Of a stretch of DNA of 64,000 nucleotides, positions 18,760-27,940 are shown piece after piece. A model generated the notes under the pieces. It searched no databases and was not told where the DNA came from. It was given only the letters and a program-made list of their open reading frames with translations. The position numbers and the translations under genes were made by a program. Location of the stretch: the NCBI GenBank assembly GCA_041665365.1, contig JBAYIY010000005.1, positions 5,946-69,945 on the forward strand, written 5' to 3'. The stretch comes from Patescibacteria group bacterium. GTDB lineage: Bacteria; Patescibacteriota; Patescibacteriia; UBA9570. Each line of letters starts with the position of its first letter. Within the stretch, counting starts at the first letter, position 1.

Positions 18760-20823
18760 TTACTCCAACAAGTCTTTCCAAGATACTTTATTGGCTGGCG
18801 CATTGATTTGCGGTGGAGTGATTGGTTTTGGTTTAACCGGTTGTGGTTGTACAGGTTTATTTGGTTGCGGTGGTACCTGTTGGGGCAATTCACCACCTCT
18901 ATTTCGCCGTCGTCGGCGCCGTTTGCGTTTTTGTCCATCACCGGTTGGAGTTGGTTGAACATTCTGTGGTTTTGGTTGTTGAACCACGGGTTTTTCCAAA
19001 ACAACACGTGGAGCCGTACCATTTTTTAATGCCTGTAGGGGCAATTCATGAATTGCCCCTACAGGGTGAATTGGTTCAATCTCATCATCCGGCACATCTT
19101 CGAACTCATCATCATTATCTTCATCAACAACCAGATCAACTTTCTTACTCCCCTCTCCTGCAGAAGGAGAGGGGCTGGGGGCGAGGTCTCTCAATTGATG
19201 ATTAATAAAACTAATCCGTGGCCGAGTTGATGCATTATTATTTTCTACTTCATCTTCTTTAATAGCTTTTGCTAATTCGACTACTGCTGGTTTATTTGGT
19301 TTTGTTTGTTCAACTTGAATTGGCTTAGCTGGTACTTCACCGGGAATAAAATTACTGGTATCAACCTGCCCATTAGTTGCTTCGGCTTCATTGACGGTTA
19401 GCTGTACACCCTCTTTAGACATTTTAGCTGGTTTGTCATCGTCTGATAATTCAGGTTCAGCAGCGGTGATAATTTGATCCGGCCAATCCATCTCATCGTC
19501 TTTGGGTGAGGTTGTTGGAGCTATCTCGGGGTTAACATTGGGTCGATTAATTTGTACGCCACTCCAACGAATAATCCGATCTTCCACCACGGCTTGAGGG
19601 CGAGCATACCGTTCGCGTGAGACTTTAATCACTTTGTCTTTATTGTCGGTGGCACCGGTGGCTGGTGGTAAACCAATAGCTGAGAATGGTTCGGTGGCCA
19701 CACCATCAACCATTAAACGCATGCAAACAGTATATTTTTTCAGATTAACAATATCGGCTGGTAAAAACTGTGGCGCGAATTCTAACTCTAACTCGGCAGC
19801 ATCAGTTGCACCCACTCGAAACACAATCATTGTCCCGACGTTACCAAACACAGCGGCTTTTACCACATCACCTAATTGTTCAAAATACTGATGCGCCATG
19901 ATTAAACACAAGCGATATTTTCTGGCTTCAGATAAAATTCCAGCAAAACTATCGGTGGCGAAATTTTGAAACTCATCAACATATAAATAGAAATCTTTCC
20001 GCTCCTCTTCTGGAATATCTACCCGGCTCATGGCCGCAATTTGCAATTTTGTAATCATCATGGCTCCCAGCAAGGCCGAATTTTCTTCACCAATTCTGCC
20101 TTTAGCCAGATTCATAATTAAAATCTTCTGATTGTCCATCACATCACGCATCTCGATAGTGCTCTTCGATTGTCCGACAATGTTACGAATAATCGCTGAA
20201 GCTAAAAACTGACCGACTTTGTTTTGAATTGGCGCAATCGCTTCAGTTCTAAATTTTTCTGAATAATTGGCGTATTCATCGGCCCAAAAGGTTTTCACCA
20301 CTGGGTCGGTCACTTTATCAACCACTTTTTTACGATAGGCTTTATCGACCAACATGCGCATTAAACCCAACAACGTGCTGCCGGGATATTCTAATAACGC
20401 CAAAATGGTATTGGTCATAATGTACTCCATGCGTGGTCCCCAAGAATCAGCCCAGATTTTCTTGAACACACCCACTAAACCATAGGCCACTAGATGTTTA
20501 TAATCTTCGCCAATACTTTCTAAAATATTAAACGCAATCGGATATTTGGTATCAGACGGATTAAAGTAGATCACATCATTAACCCGATTAGTGGGAATGA
20601 ACTCTAAAATCTTTTCGGCTAAATCACCATGTGGGTCAACTACGGCTACGCCATGCCCAGCCCGAATATCACTAATAATCGCATTTTCCAACATGGTGGA
20701 TTTACCCATGCCGGTCTTACCCACTAAATACATATGCCGGCGCCGATCATCCCGTTTAATACCAAATTTACGCCGTTGGTTACGGAAGTTAGTTTCGGCA
20801 AAGACGGCAATTTCGCTGGACAT
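18760..20823 (-). CDS. TraD/VirD4/TrwB-like (HerA/FtsK superfamily) ATPase with long low-complexity C-tail
   Basis: DRRRHMYLVGKTGMGKST, VVDPHGDL, FYLYVDEFQNF, LSEARKYRL, HQY..QL, FGNVGT. Confidence 0.9.
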   Translation of the reverse strand: MSSEIAVFAETNFRNQRRKFGIKRDDRRRHMYLVGKTGMGKSTMLENAIISDIRAGHGVAVVDPHGDLAEKILEFIPTNRVNDVIYFNPSDTKYPIAFNILESIGEDYKHLVAYGLVGVFKKIWADSWGPRMEYIMTNTILALLEYPGSTLLGLMRMLVDKAYRKKVVDKVTDPVVKTFWADEYANYSEKFRTEAIAPIQNKVGQFLASAIIRNIVGQSKSTIEMRDVMDNQKILIMNLAKGRIGEENSALLGAMMITKLQIAAMSRVDIPEEERKDFYLYVDEFQNFATDSFAGILSEARKYRLCLIMAHQYFEQLGDVVKAAVFGNVGTMIVFRVGATDAAELELEFAPQFLPADIVNLKKYTVCMRLMVDGVATEPFSAIGLPPATGATDNKDKVIKVSRERYARPQAVVEDRIIRWSGVQINRPNVNPEIAPTTSPKDDEMDWPDQIITAAEPELSDDDKPAKMSKEGVQLTVNEAEATNGQVDTSNFIPGEVPAKPIQVEQTKPNKPAVVELAKAIKEDEVENNNASTRPRISFINHQLRDLAPSPSPSAGEGSKKVDLVVDEDNDDEFEDVPDDEIEPIHPVGAIHELPLQALKNGTAPRVVLEKPVVQQPKPQNVQPTPTGDGQKRKRRRRRRNRGGELPQQVPPQPNKPVQPQPVKPKPITPPQINAPANKVSWKDLLE
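19032..19065. repeat. Perfect 34 bp palindrome, GTAG-type REP-like, in frame within the CDS
   Basis: CCTGTAGGGGCAATTCATGAATTGCCCCTACAGG equals its own reverse complement. Confidence 0.9.
19148..19186. repeat. BoxC-like hairpin element in frame within the CDS
   Basis: CCCCTCTCCT-gcaga-AGGAGAGGGG (10 bp stem) followed by purine-rich CTGGGGGCGAGG; encodes LAPSPSPSAGEGS. Confidence 0.7.
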
Positions 20824-20825
20824 AT

Positions 20826-22313
20826 TTATACAAATGGTAAATTAGATGGCGCTTCTGGTTCGACTTTAATTGCTGGAGTTGCGGGAGATGTTTGAGTTGT
20901 TGGTGTTTCCATGACGGGTTCAACCATGACGACAGGTTTAACAGTAACACCACCGCCTTTTTCTAACTGCACCGGAATGGCAGCACTAGCCTCAGCTTCA
21001 TCATAGCGCAATAACGTCGGCGGTTCCACACCACGCGATTGCGCCTTAGCCACATACGGCGCTCGCACATCAATTGACGGAAAGTGAAATAAAGCCGTAA
21101 TCTCTTCGGTTGATAAAATAAACCCTTCATGTTCACCTCGTTCCATGTCGCGTGACTTATATGCCCAATACATCCGGCGATAACGATTCAATACCCGATA
21201 CTTTGGAAATACAAACCGCCAAGATAAACAATTTTGATCAGTCCGCGTAATTTCACCCTCAGTAAAAGAATTAATATAACGATACAAACGCAAACCGCTT
21301 AACATACCACGACGAACTTTTTTGGAATCAACCATAGCCGGTGGAGCAAAATACATAAAGCGCACTTTTGAATGAAACGGCCAACGCGAGGCTTTTTTAT
21401 CAACTTCCTCAACAAATTCCTGTTCTGGTTTAGTCATACGCTGTCTTTCTTCTAAACGAGTATCATCGTGTGTTTCGGCCGCCGCTGATTCACCGCCAAA
21501 CAGAGCCTGATTAGTCATTTGCAGTGTTGATATGACAGTAGATTGAACGTGATCCATAATATCCGGGCCAGCATGGCCAGATTTGCCTGGCTCAACTAGA
21601 TTCATGATGGTTTCTTGTGCCCGGATTTTAAGTTTACCAAGATCGGCTGGTTGAATCATAATTTGATACCACAATTTTTCACCGGGTTGCAAGCGACTCA
21701 TAAATTCCAAAAGGTTGGCAAATGGATCAACCGCCTTCTGCGCTAAACTATGTTCAAACGCCGGATAAGGTTTAATCGGTAAAACATCGTCACCTTCCAA
21801 ACGCATCTCTGATCCCCATCCGGTCACTTTACGAGAATTAATCATTTCTAATGAGATATCTTTCGTATAATCTTCGACTTCAGACATGATGGCATCGGGG
21901 TAATGAGAATAAAATGCCGCCTGCACCATTTCTTTATAATATTTTGGAGCACGTACATAATAAGTAATATAGCCACCATCACTGACAATTTCGAAAGAGT
22001 ATTGCTCTTGTACAAAACCCAACCACCAAGTTTCGTACCAATCGGGTTGGTTATAAATACCATGCAGTTGTACAAAAATCTGTTCTACTGCCTTCATACT
22101 CTGCTCATTGTTCAGCGGCACTTCAATGCGATACATGACATGTTTGGTATGGTGTTTAAACTTTTCTTGAATCCAAAACAACCAACCGGTAAAGGCCATT
22201 TTTATCATGATCGGTATAAAAATCAATGCCCCACCATGACCAAGCAAAAACCATAACGCTTGAAACGGGTTATTGCCGTACTCTTTTAAAATATATTCAA
22301 GCAGCGGGGGCAT
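20826..22313 (-). CDS. Conserved hypothetical membrane-anchored protein, partner of the TraD/VirD4-like ATPase
   Basis: N-terminal TM; EQ.F..LH, SFEIVS, YPDA..EVEDY, LPIK.Y..FE, FILSTEEITALFHFP, PPT.L, C-terminal PSNLP; adjacent to the ATPase. Confidence 0.75.
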   Translation of the reverse strand: MPPLLEYILKEYGNNPFQALWFLLGHGGALIFIPIMIKMAFTGWLFWIQEKFKHHTKHVMYRIEVPLNNEQSMKAVEQIFVQLHGIYNQPDWYETWWLGFVQEQYSFEIVSDGGYITYYVRAPKYYKEMVQAAFYSHYPDAIMSEVEDYTKDISLEMINSRKVTGWGSEMRLEGDDVLPIKPYPAFEHSLAQKAVDPFANLLEFMSRLQPGEKLWYQIMIQPADLGKLKIRAQETIMNLVEPGKSGHAGPDIMDHVQSTVISTLQMTNQALFGGESAAAETHDDTRLEERQRMTKPEQEFVEEVDKKASRWPFHSKVRFMYFAPPAMVDSKKVRRGMLSGLRLYRYINSFTEGEITRTDQNCLSWRFVFPKYRVLNRYRRMYWAYKSRDMERGEHEGFILSTEEITALFHFPSIDVRAPYVAKAQSRGVEPPTLLRYDEAEASAAIPVQLEKGGGVTVKPVVMVEPVMETPTTQTSPATPAIKVEPEAPSNLPFV

Positions 22314-23391
22314 ACACAACAGTATAACGACCGTCTGGTAATTTACTAAATAATCGACGATTAGTGAGGGCTAAATGAATGGTATTTTTTTTCACAATCC
22401 GTTGTTCCAATACGGCTGTGACAAGTTGATCGCGTGTTAATGGACCACGCTCGGTTAAGATTTTTTTCACAATATCAGCTACGGCGCCTTTTTCGTAACC
22501 CCACTCCTTAAGAGCATAAATGCCACGACCCACTAACACATACTGGCTATTTAAAATTAATTCATTATGCACCGTGGGTGGATGGGCTTCTTTTTTAAAA
22601 ACTTCGGTAATTTGCTGAGCAATGTCGACAAAATGCATCGGTTTACTTACTTTTTTCAAAATTAAATAGATTTTATCATTCATGCGTTTTGGTACCACGC
22701 TCCCCCACGCCCGTAAACCGTATTCATCAAATGGATTATGATCGATCGCATCACTCACTTCCAATAAAGCGATAATAGTTTTTTCAGTTAATCTTGCATC
22801 AGGTGGAATTAGGTTCATAATACCAGCTACATTGAGAGGGATATTGGCCGTACCAATAGTGCGCACTAACAAATCGAGCGACTCGGTAATAAACTTGATG
22901 TCAGCGGTCTTAATGCGCCAACTTTTCATAAAAGTTTTGTCCGGACCGACTGACATTACCCGTGCACTGAGCAATTCAGTCAAAATAAACACTAAAGCCG
23001 CCTCCAGTTCGACCGTACTTTTTTCCAATAAAACCTCACTTAATAAATGGCTCTCTTGCATGATACCCCCGTGCTCTTCCAAGGTGGTTAGAATAACATG
23101 CTCAATCGGTTTTAAAACTACTTGTAAACTTGGATGTAATTTAATTTTACTCACAGCTAGGTTTTCGATCTGACGAATCCGTTCCCGAGTCACGGTATAT
23201 GATACTCCGATCGCTTCTAGGGTTTCTTTTGGTACACCATTTAATCCGTAACGCCGCTGTAACACATCAGCTTCTTTATCATTTAATTTGGCTAAAAGTA
23301 CACGAACAACATCACCAGGTTCAAACTCCTGTTTTTCTTGATCCTCTTTGCTCGCAATAATGCGATCAAGAATAGAAACTCCCATATCCAT
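22297..23391 (-). CDS. Sigma70 region-4-like HTH protein with additional winged-helix domains
   Basis: RRYGL..ETLEAIGVSYTVTRERIRQIE; C-terminal PMHF..IA, TVHNELI, YVLVGRGIYALKEWGY. Confidence 0.8.
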   Translation of the reverse strand: MDMGVSILDRIIASKEDQEKQEFEPGDVVRVLLAKLNDKEADVLQRRYGLNGVPKETLEAIGVSYTVTRERIRQIENLAVSKIKLHPSLQVVLKPIEHVILTTLEEHGGIMQESHLLSEVLLEKSTVELEAALVFILTELLSARVMSVGPDKTFMKSWRIKTADIKFITESLDLLVRTIGTANIPLNVAGIMNLIPPDARLTEKTIIALLEVSDAIDHNPFDEYGLRAWGSVVPKRMNDKIYLILKKVSKPMHFVDIAQQITEVFKKEAHPPTVHNELILNSQYVLVGRGIYALKEWGYEKGAVADIVKKILTERGPLTRDQLVTAVLEQRIVKKNTIHLALTNRRLFSKLPDGRYTVVYAPAA

Positions 23392-23400
23392 AATAAGCGG

Positions 23401-23429
23401 AGTATATCACTTTCTTTACAATCTGTCAA
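23401..23429 (-). promoter_or_regulatory. sigma70-type promoter
   Basis: TTGACA-17 bp-TATACT, ending 9 nt before the ATG at 23391. Confidence 0.75.
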
Positions 23430-23449
23430 ATCTATGGCCTGACCTGATA

Positions 23450-24334
23450 TTATTTTTTATTGAGTAATCTTTGCCAGATTAAAAGTGATGGGCTGGCGAT
23501 AAAGATTGAAGAATAGGTACCAACTCCAACACCAATTATTAAAGCTAAGATGAAATAGCGAATACTCTCTCCCCCGAAAAGTAACAAGACAGCCAATACA
23601 ATAATGACTGTCGTTGAGGTGTTTAATGACCGCATTAATGTCTGTTCAATACTATGTCCAATTATTTCAGCAAAAGTACTCCGAGCAGACCGATGTAAGT
23701 TTTCCCGAATTCTATCAAAGACTACAATGGTGTCATGAACGGAGAAACCCAAGATGGTCAATAAAGCCGTGATAAACATGACGTTTATTTCGACACCATA
23801 ATATTTACCTAACACCACAAACACACCCAGCGGGATCGTAATATCATGTAACAAAGCAATGACTGTAGATAAACCATACGCCCAAGATGGCACCGGACCG
23901 TTAGACACTGAGCGGAAAGCCCAGGCGATGTAGATAACAATGGCTACCACTACCAGGATAATAGCCGTAATGGCTTTTTGCCTTAATTCTTGGCCGATCG
24001 TTGGACCGATTGATTCAAAACTGTCTTCAACCGCCCCTGTGCCTAAAGCCGCCAACACGGCCACCCGCTGATCATCACTCATGAATTGAGTTTTTAAAAT
24101 ATAACTATCGTCATTAACCGGTTCCACTTGCACCTCACCCAAATTTAATGCGGCGACCTGACTTGAAACCGTTTCTGGACTAGGACGTTGTGTGGTGTAT
24201 TTAACTTGTAATAAAGTACCACCGGTGAAATCAATGCCCAAATTGAAGCCGAAGATAATAATTAAAACGATACTACCACCCACCATCAAACCAGAGATGG
24301 TATACCAGACTAAACGTAAGCGTAAAATACCCAT
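23450..24334 (-). CDS. secF: Protein translocase subunit SecF
   Basis: LGIDFTGGT, IGPTIGQEL, GFSVHDTIVVFDRIREN, GTYSSIFIASP. Confidence 0.96.
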   Translation of the reverse strand: MGILRLRLVWYTISGLMVGGSIVLIIIFGFNLGIDFTGGTLLQVKYTTQRPSPETVSSQVAALNLGEVQVEPVNDDSYILKTQFMSDDQRVAVLAALGTGAVEDSFESIGPTIGQELRQKAITAIILVVVAIVIYIAWAFRSVSNGPVPSWAYGLSTVIALLHDITIPLGVFVVLGKYYGVEINVMFITALLTILGFSVHDTIVVFDRIRENLHRSARSTFAEIIGHSIEQTLMRSLNTSTTVIIVLAVLLLFGGESIRYFILALIIGVGVGTYSSIFIASPSLLIWQRLLNKK

Positions 24335-24335
24335 A

Positions 24336-25976
24336 TTATTTTTTAGAAGATAACACTTTTAATAATGTCCGCGTCACCGTGATAGCGGTAAACATACTCA
24401 AAACAATACCAATGGCTAAGGTGACAGCAAAACCTTTAATCACTGAGGTACCAAACCAAATTAGAATCACACAAGTAATTAATGATGAGACATTAGAATC
24501 GCGAATTGATAACCAAGCCCGTTTAAAACCATCGTCAATGGCACTTTGTTTATCTTTACCGCGTTTTAATTCTTCTTTCATTCTTTCAAAGATTAAAATA
24601 TTGGCATCAACCGCCATACCTAATGACAAAATAAACCCGGCAATACCTGAAAGCGTTAAAGTAATCGGCCAAAGTTTAAATATGGCTAAGAGCACTAAAC
24701 CATACACCGTCAAAGCACAGATTGCCAGTATACCTGGATACCGGTAATAACCAACCATAAATACTGCCAAACAGATCATAGCTAATAGGCCAGCTAAAAC
24801 ACTACGCTCTAAGGCCTCTATACCCAAACTAGGGCCAATGTTGCGCTGATTAACTAATGTAATTGGTACTGGTAGAGCCCCTTCATTTAAACGGCGGGCT
24901 AAGGTTTTAGCTTCATCTAATGTGAAATTTCCTTCAATGGTAGCTTGACCACCACTAATCGCTTCGTTCACCACTGGCGTACTGATAGCGCTACCATCTA
25001 AATAAATCGCAATCGTTTTACCAACATTATCTCCGGTAATTTTTTCAAATAATTTTGAACCTTCATCGTTAAACTGCAAAGCTACCAGTGGCACTGATGT
25101 GGTTTGGTCAAATTGGACTGACGCTTTTTTTAATTGTTTACCGGTTAATTCAGTATCATCATACTGTGGACCAAACACACTAATATCTAAGGGATACTTT
25201 TTATATTCAATAGTACTTATTTTCACAGCTTCGATGGTGGCGGCACCTTCCGGAGCTGTTGTACTGATACCATTTAAAACATCTAGCACACCGGTTTGTT
25301 TATCTTCCACTTTTAATATTACATAGGCATCACTTTTATCGATCAAATTCGGTATCACAGCCCCACTGTTTGCTGAAAACGCAGTATCGGCTAAGGCTGG
25401 ATCAATTTGCACACGAGAGACATAACCTAAAGCCGTATAATTATCAGGCGCTAACGTAGCAAAATCTTCCCCCGCTTTGGCTTTATCCAATGTGCCTTGC
25501 GCTTGGGTTTGTGTTTGGACATTAAGGCCATCTAAGAAATTTTTTTGATCAGCGCTGAGCGTTTGATCAGTGGACTCAGTTTTAAATTGTAACGATGGCG
25601 TTTCACCAATTTGTTTTATGGCGGCATTGATGTCGGTGATACCGGGTAATTCCACCAACACCCGCCAGTGTTCGCCCGACCGGCTACTTTGTACCACTGG
25701 CTCAGATACACCAAAAGCATTAACGCGCCGTTCAATCACATCACGTAAACCAGCTAAAGCATCGGCTTCTTCACCGGCTGCGACGCGAGACAAATCGGCT
25801 TCATATACTAAAGCCGTACCACCTTGTAAATCAAGACCTAACTGCACTTTTAATTCACGCACCATTTTGCCTTGCCAGGTGATATCCGGACCATTCGGGT
25901 AATCCACTACCGCGGCCACCACCGCCAAAGCCATAATACCACCAAACAAGCACCAAAGTTTCCGACGCACTGTCAT
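24336..25976 (-). CDS. secD: Protein translocase subunit SecD with parvulin-like insert
   Basis: LGLDLQGG, IERRVNAFGVSEP, GALPVP, IGPSLG, GMAVDANILIFERMKEE, IRDSN. Confidence 0.96.
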   Translation of the reverse strand: MTVRRKLWCLFGGIMALAVVAAVVDYPNGPDITWQGKMVRELKVQLGLDLQGGTALVYEADLSRVAAGEEADALAGLRDVIERRVNAFGVSEPVVQSSRSGEHWRVLVELPGITDINAAIKQIGETPSLQFKTESTDQTLSADQKNFLDGLNVQTQTQAQGTLDKAKAGEDFATLAPDNYTALGYVSRVQIDPALADTAFSANSGAVIPNLIDKSDAYVILKVEDKQTGVLDVLNGISTTAPEGAATIEAVKISTIEYKKYPLDISVFGPQYDDTELTGKQLKKASVQFDQTTSVPLVALQFNDEGSKLFEKITGDNVGKTIAIYLDGSAISTPVVNEAISGGQATIEGNFTLDEAKTLARRLNEGALPVPITLVNQRNIGPSLGIEALERSVLAGLLAMICLAVFMVGYYRYPGILAICALTVYGLVLLAIFKLWPITLTLSGIAGFILSLGMAVDANILIFERMKEELKRGKDKQSAIDDGFKRAWLSIRDSNVSSLITCVILIWFGTSVIKGFAVTLAIGIVLSMFTAITVTRTLLKVLSSKK

Positions 25977-26521
25977 AAGCGTTTACGATAGATATAATAA
26001 CCGGCTGATAAAATAAGTAGCACACCAATCACTCCTCCTACCACCCACGGCCAGTATTTTACGGCATTAGTGTCATCCAGTACAATCGGTTTATTCCGTT
26101 CTTGCGTAACAGCATCACTAGTATAACTCCCATCAGCTTTAATATTGATAGTATGATAACTGCGATTTTTATCACCCGCTTCCAGCGCTGTGGCTAAACC
26201 TGTCACTGAATATTGAGCGACGGCAGCTTGTTGATAACTTTGTAGGATAGTTTGATCGGTCAGATTAGCCACCCGCGGATAACCTTCCGGCAATTGATAA
26301 AATGTGGCATCAACTGAGGCTTGCTCACGAAATGGCGTTAAACTACACCGATTACCCTGACAAGTGTAAATCGTAGCATCATTGGCTAAAGTAAAAACAT
26401 AATTATATCGCGTTTGTTGTTCATCGGATTGGCCATCATGCAACAATACCACATCTGATGGCTGCGGTAGAGACACAGCTTGAGCCATTAGTGGAAATAA
26501 TAAAGTTAAAAACCAAATCAT
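25973..26521 (-). CDS. Hypothetical exported protein with C-terminal membrane anchor
   Basis: Signal peptide ending AQA; C-terminal TM helix followed by RKRL. Confidence 0.75.
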   Translation of the reverse strand: MIWFLTLLFPLMAQAVSLPQPSDVVLLHDGQSDEQQTRYNYVFTLANDATIYTCQGNRCSLTPFREQASVDATFYQLPEGYPRVANLTDQTILQSYQQAAVAQYSVTGLATALEAGDKNRSYHTINIKADGSYTSDAVTQERNKPIVLDDTNAVKYWPWVVGGVIGVLLILSAGYYIYRKRL

Positions 26522-26524
26522 AAC

Positions 26525-27916
26525 TTATGGAACATTTATTACAACATCGCCCACTTGACCCCAATTATACAACCATTCGGCATTGGTCGCATCAATGTTA
26601 ATACAACCATGACTCATTTTGTGACCAAAGTTGTGATGCCAGTAGGCATAGTGTAGGTGAAATGGTCCAGAAAAACGTAGGTTCCATTTGACGTTCTTTA
26701 AATCATAGTTATCAGGATTGTTTGTACCATAATTCCAGGTATAATCTTTCATGAATATTTTTTCTTGCACAGCAAATTGACCAAGCGGTGTGGGATATTT
26801 ATCAATCCCGGTGGAAACATAAAACTCTCGGACTAATTCACCATATTCGTAGACGCGCGTTTTTTGTTCGGATATATCAGTTTCAATATAGCGAATTAAA
26901 TCCGCTCGGCCTTGGGCGCGATTCTTGCCCGGGACGGTTACGACGTCAATCTTACCATCGCCAGTCACATCACCCAGTGCCAGGTTTAAGCCACCGCGAA
27001 AATCTGCTGGGTAAGCAAAAAAACTTTTACTGGTGTTCGCTCCATACCCTTCAAAAAAAATAACTTGTGGGCCACCACTTTGCCGAGGCGTAACCGCTAC
27101 TTCAGCCATACCATCATGATCAATGTCACCCGCGGCTACATTAGTACCACTATATAATCCGGAAAAAGCTTTCCAGTTCCCTAATATGTCACCGTTATTT
27201 TTATAAACTTTCACCCAATCTTCACCGGCTGAATAAATTGACATGACCAGTTCATCATCTTTACCACCATCCACATTGGCGGTTGTTATAGCGACACCAC
27301 CAACATTGTCACTGGCAAAAGGATGAAACTCAGTCCCCAAAAAACGACCTTTACGCGAAAACACGCGCACATCCGCAGCACCCCCTGGGCCGGCCGCGAC
27401 CGCTATTTCAGAAATGCCATCGCCGTTATAATCACCCACGGTAACATCACAGCCACCGCGAAAATTAGAAGCAAACGCAAAAAAACCTGGGCCAAATACA
27501 CTTTTGCCCGCAGCATCAAACACCCGCACCTGTGGCCCACCGCCAGCACCAACTCCGGTGATAATCTCCGCTTTACCATCGTGGTTCAAATCACCGGTGG
27601 CAACTTTTACACCAGTGCGTAAAGACTGATCGTAAGCAAACCACTGTGATACTAACGTACCGTCACCTTCAAACACTTGCACCATTGGGCCACCGTCCCG
27701 GCCGGCTCCAACCACAATTTCATCAACTCCATCGCCATCCACATCACCCACTGCTACATCAAGACCACCATCAAAACTACCATTGAGGGCGTTAAAACTA
27801 GTAGTTTGATTAAAAGATTTATCAAATACTCGTACCTCGGGTGCCATACTATCGTAGGCCAAGGTCAGCACTGGAAAACACAAACTAAGTGTTATTACTA
27901 GACCATATTTATGCAT
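26525..27916 (-). CDS. FG-GAP repeat protein fused to a YkuD L,D-transpeptidase domain
   Basis: Signal peptide; repeated VAVGDVDGDG.DEI..G.G.GGGP.V.VF; C-terminal HYAYWHHNFGHKMSHGCIN. Confidence 0.9.
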   Translation of the reverse strand: MHKYGLVITLSLCFPVLTLAYDSMAPEVRVFDKSFNQTTSFNALNGSFDGGLDVAVGDVDGDGVDEIVVGAGRDGGPMVQVFEGDGTLVSQWFAYDQSLRTGVKVATGDLNHDGKAEIITGVGAGGGPQVRVFDAAGKSVFGPGFFAFASNFRGGCDVTVGDYNGDGISEIAVAAGPGGAADVRVFSRKGRFLGTEFHPFASDNVGGVAITTANVDGGKDDELVMSIYSAGEDWVKVYKNNGDILGNWKAFSGLYSGTNVAAGDIDHDGMAEVAVTPRQSGGPQVIFFEGYGANTSKSFFAYPADFRGGLNLALGDVTGDGKIDVVTVPGKNRAQGRADLIRYIETDISEQKTRVYEYGELVREFYVSTGIDKYPTPLGQFAVQEKIFMKDYTWNYGTNNPDNYDLKNVKWNLRFSGPFHLHYAYWHHNFGHKMSHGCINIDATNAEWLYNWGQVGDVVINVP

Positions 27917-27940
27917 GGCGCTAGTGTAGCAGGTTCAGTC

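Noticed and set aside
18760-23391. Conjugative element / ICE
   Set aside because: No relaxase, VirB4, integrase or boundaries seen; contiguous with secDF housekeeping genes
22297-23391. True RNA polymerase sigma factor
   Set aside because: Only a region-4-like HTH is evident; no region 2 motifs
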